This document shows positions 61,901-64,000 of a DNA stretch of 64,000 bases, piece by piece (the first letter of the stretch is position 1; every line of letters starts with the position of its first letter). Source of the DNA: Escherichia coli (GTDB lineage Bacteria; Pseudomonadota; Gammaproteobacteria; Enterobacterales; Enterobacteriaceae); the NCBI RefSeq assembly GCF_024700885.2, contig NZ_CP117014.1. The stretch is one strand, 5' to 3'. The notes beneath the pieces are model-generated. The model was not told where the DNA came from and made no database searches. It saw nothing but the letters and a program-made list of their open reading frames with translations. Made by a program: the position numbers and the translations under genes.

Positions 61901-62810
61901 CCGCCGCCGGATAAGTAATTACTGGTGATATTGCTTTCGAGGTTGATGTTTCTTTTTTCCCCTTTTCTACCCATTCTTTAAGAGATTCTGCTTTACCTGT
62001 GATCTCTTTAGTTATATCGTACATGCCACGAGCCGCCATCCAGAACGGCCCACCAGCACCGACACCAGCTGCATTTGTTAAAGACTCTTCACTGGAAGAC
62101 CGATTGCCATCTACCCCCATAATGGAACCTAGCTTTCTGAGAAAGCCAGCTTGTAATTTTGCGTCGGCTTTACGTGCGTTCTGCAATTCTTTTTTTCTGG
62201 CTACATCCTCATTGCTTTTTTGGGATACAAAACGTCCATTACTATCCCGCAGCGGGCCTTTTAGACTTTGGGGGGATTGTGGTTCAAGAGGGGCTGAATT
62301 AGCAGCTACCGGTATAAAACCGTCCGATTTTCGGATGGTCTGACGTGATTGCACGGAGCGAACACTTTCTGGTGTGTTCGTTGCAACGATAGAGCGGTCC
62401 ACGGTTTGGTTTATCGGTGCCCTCTCCTTTTTAGCAGGGAGACGTTTTTTATATGGGTTAGTTTGGACATCTCTAACGCTATCAGATGTACTTTGCTCGT
62501 ACTCTTTACGCCTGCGTGATAGTCTGTTGCTAACTCTGCCTTGCCTTTCGTCCTGTTGAGTTATGGTGCTTGCCCCAGAAAGAATGGCGTCTTTTACCTC
62601 AGCAAGAGCTTTAAGTTCGTTTGTGCTCGCTTCCTGAATAGCGTCAATTATTGCGATACGGTCTTTATTCTCTTTCAAAATAACCTCTCTTTTACCAGCG
62701 CGATCAACGTTTCCCGGCTTGAGCTTTGTATTTTTCTTCCAGGGCTTTTGACATATGGAGTGCTCGCCATTGCGGTAATTGTTCAGCGTCACTAACGGGC
62801 TGATATCCAT
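58941..62810 (-). CDS. sit: Sit-like tape-measure / injection transglycosylase protein
   Basis: 1289 aa (P1 Sit is about 1140 aa); Ala/Gly/Ser/Lys-rich low-complexity regions; position between the pmgB and pmgA equivalents. Confidence 0.65.
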   Translation of the reverse strand: MDISPLVTLNNYRNGEHSICQKPWKKNTKLKPGNVDRAGKREVILKENKDRIAIIDAIQEASTNELKALAEVKDAILSGASTITQQDERQGRVSNRLSRRRKEYEQSTSDSVRDVQTNPYKKRLPAKKERAPINQTVDRSIVATNTPESVRSVQSRQTIRKSDGFIPVAANSAPLEPQSPQSLKGPLRDSNGRFVSQKSNEDVARKKELQNARKADAKLQAGFLRKLGSIMGVDGNRSSSEESLTNAAGVGAGGPFWMAARGMYDITKEITGKAESLKEWVEKGKKETSTSKAISPVITYPAAVNSQKATSAKAFNNAVETKSAQAVEEQTKILQTNDNEIIDGLENVSDEIVKLRKSVSSGNKFGLSDLWKNRASRRNKINIGDQTGKNKRNKSKRKGRNLGKKALSAGEKVAAGSAAAGTGVGAAKVVKNKISKPKDVSTISDTSKGIAKETKNTAKAVKSAGVVAEDATIKTGEAIAKKKTESVALKSAAKIGVKSAASTAARAVPIIGSLAMAGYDAIDGYTDTEAQKAAFGLSDDNAVSEQQKTAYATANVLDMGGLVSGATNLIGKGISALGFERAGEKLQNFDTGDIARGVNGAVDITKSVFGSLKDTFLSTDENTKQVKKAVEDGTKKTVDAIHSLGEQLQGGRNGEDGVGEHGYTSPTEFSAPANNTIAADLNIGGSNAKNRNYRNNNLGNLVFANQEGATLESPNAKGEQRFARFNTPEEGIRALANQVSSYYNGTSAAAGYQKLQTVSSIISKWAPPNENNTNQYIDNVSKYLGVSPNEKIDVSKPEVMTQLVRAIATKEGGNPAVNNEFIKNALGAFNTNTGRWEGQFSDETLARINKIQKENGGQLIARDSQYSVGRKVKYANGKSPAQPVLNAVPTATQQPIEVAQHAQAVKKPQKTGNQPQPINPENADVNTGSPSSLLERLIAINESGISGASNLFGGAATSLAGTSLDLVKDFALATSFGSISSLSEKAKGMDQALTEKISGLTGKSFGFKKASQVADIATAIQQKRTVNHDTEIIDLLPGDQVSPSTPKTPQQEQALAISQAMAGAAPVVTSGKRTITAPSDVQIYDNGYKVVTGEDKSFFGSLFDSTVSGLKQTGTAVIPAVGDNLSRLVGGIDSTGILNDLVMQSTGQNSAIARAISPLTRNVGDWLNGGIQQTANSIRGIATGANNAIFGSASAVQEPFLAMPPQLPTVTDLARSGIRQPLTTDTINNDPAMLKALDNICSILNDLLNVNKNNTKGDPDNVVKTSQPQPRPRASTTINDQSLDALLED

Positions 62811-62824
62811 ACAGAGTCAGGTTG

Positions 62825-63646
62825 TTAATAATGGTTAGCCATCCATTCAGATCTAATTGATGGGATAAACTCTCTATTGAGAAAGGGGACGTACAGTGTG
62901 GTTGTCACATCTGCACCCTCCTTAGCGTTTTTGCAATGTTGCGGAGGCAGGATCAGTCGGCTTGAGCCTCTCTCAATAGACATTTTCAGGCCGTGACGTA
63001 GGTCTTTTTGCATAAGCTGTATGCGAGCCACAAGCGGAGTAAATTCGGTTTCAAGCGCCATGCTTTCAATGATGTCAAAGCGTCGGTTAGCGGCCTGCGT
63101 GAAGTCCTCCGGATCGTCTTCAAGCGCCGTGCATAAAGCGAGTTCAGCAATTCGCATCCGTGCTACGCCAGCACTGTATTCGGGACTTTTCATATCAGGA
63201 AGTGACGCTCGCATTCGTTCAAGGAGTTCCGCACCTTTCCCGGTTAATGGTTTAAGTATCCAGTCAGTTGGTACTCCATTTACTGGTACGTTGGTTTTCA
63301 CGTAAGGAGGTACAGTGAGTATTTCTACTGTTTGGGCCAGGTCGCTCAGGTTAATATCTGCATGATGCGTATTACCGCAGTGACTGCACTCATAGGAGTA
63401 GGTCATTACTGCATCGGGGCGCGAATTAACAAATATCCACCAAAGGGCAGTTCTGCGATCCTGGACTGTCCAGTAAGCACTGTCGTTAATTTCACCATCC
63501 TGCATAGAGTTAAGGTACTCTGTAGTAGTTGCCTCATCTTCTGCCGGGTTCAGGTCAGAATATTTCAGCGCATCCTTCACGGTAGGGGCGTGGAACTGAA
63601 TTTCTGTCTCAGGACGGGAAGGCAATGGGAATTTTGGAATGTTCAA
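62825..63646 (-). CDS. hypothetical structural-module protein (PmgB position)
   Basis: 273-aa ORF, first gene of the minus-strand tail block next to oriR. Confidence 0.4.
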   Translation of the reverse strand: MNIPKFPLPSRPETEIQFHAPTVKDALKYSDLNPAEDEATTTEYLNSMQDGEINDSAYWTVQDRRTALWWIFVNSRPDAVMTYSYECSHCGNTHHADINLSDLAQTVEILTVPPYVKTNVPVNGVPTDWILKPLTGKGAELLERMRASLPDMKSPEYSAGVARMRIAELALCTALEDDPEDFTQAANRRFDIIESMALETEFTPLVARIQLMQKDLRHGLKMSIERGSSRLILPPQHCKNAKEGADVTTTLYVPFLNREFIPSIRSEWMANHY

Positions 63647-63732
63647 GTATTCCTCCGATAAGCAGATGTCTGTTTATTCGTTGGAGGATAGGTAGTGTGT
63701 GAAATTGGGTGGAGCTTTGTAATTCTTCTTTT

Positions 63733-63741
63733 TTATCCACA
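63733..63741 (+). promoter_or_regulatory. DnaA box
   Basis: TTATCCACA consensus. Confidence 0.7.
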
Positions 63742-63744
63742 GGA

Positions 63745-63795
63745 TAGATCCAATATATAGATCCTGATTAGATCCATATAGTACCAAATAGATCC
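63745..63795. repeat. four TAGATCC heptamers (Dam GATC sites) of oriR
   Basis: TAGATCC at 63745, 63758, 63769 and 63789, as in the AT-rich half of P1 oriR. Confidence 0.7.
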
Positions 63796-63840
63796 CGTAG
63801 CTCTTCAGGCCGCGCCACATAAGGCTTTAACCACTATTCA

Positions 63841-63944
63841 GATGTGTGCTGGAGGGAGAACGATGTGTGCTGACGGGAAAAATATGTGTGCTGGAGGGTT
63901 TTACATGTGTGCTGACGGGATGTAGGATGTGTGCTGACGGGAAA
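63841..63944 (+). repeat. five RepA iterons (incC/oriR)
   Basis: (G/T/C)ATGTGTGCTG(G/A)(A/C)GGG... at 63841, 63862, 63883, 63904 and 63926, with 21-22 bp spacing; matches the P1 19-bp iteron ATGTGTGCTGGAGGGAAA. Confidence 0.85.
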
Positions 63945-64000
63945 AAAAGCCGGATATCCACTGTCGTAAACTTTATTCACAACATGACGGTAACTTATTG

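Overview
The window is a contiguous piece of a P1-family phage-plasmid of the D6 lineage from Enterobacteriaceae. All identifications are by eye and from memory of P1 and D6 proteins; no searches were run. The anchors are a Dre (Cre-like) recombinase next to an exact 32-bp rox site, Phd/Doc, HumD behind a LexA box, Ref, and PacA/PacB with an Lpa-position gene. Further anchors are the Dar anti-restriction set (darB, hdf, darA, ddrA, ddrB), LydA/LydB, and a Cin invertase with cix sites around a compact tail-fibre switch (Sv', U', U, Sv). The P1-ordered tail/baseplate block (S, R, 16, bplA, pmgA, sit, pmgB) follows, then a P1-type oriR with a DnaA box, TAGATCC heptamers and five 19-bp iterons. 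A 14-bp operator-like motif (TGTTAGAAAWNTAA) recurs about 13 times at operon heads. The most unusual region is a roughly 3-kb protein-poor island (23.9-26.9 kb). It holds five tRNAs, a decayed tRNA copy, a family of long hairpins with a shared stem base, and a candidate ~590-nt structured RNA unit under operator control. Other points of interest are a catalytically degenerate PacB (terminase ATPase) paralog coupled to an unknown gene, and four DUF2829/Tad2-like domains. There are also 4.6 perfect 300-bp tandem repeats inside tail-fibre gene S, and a DdrB-like protein with an AT-rich HEXXH C-terminal module.
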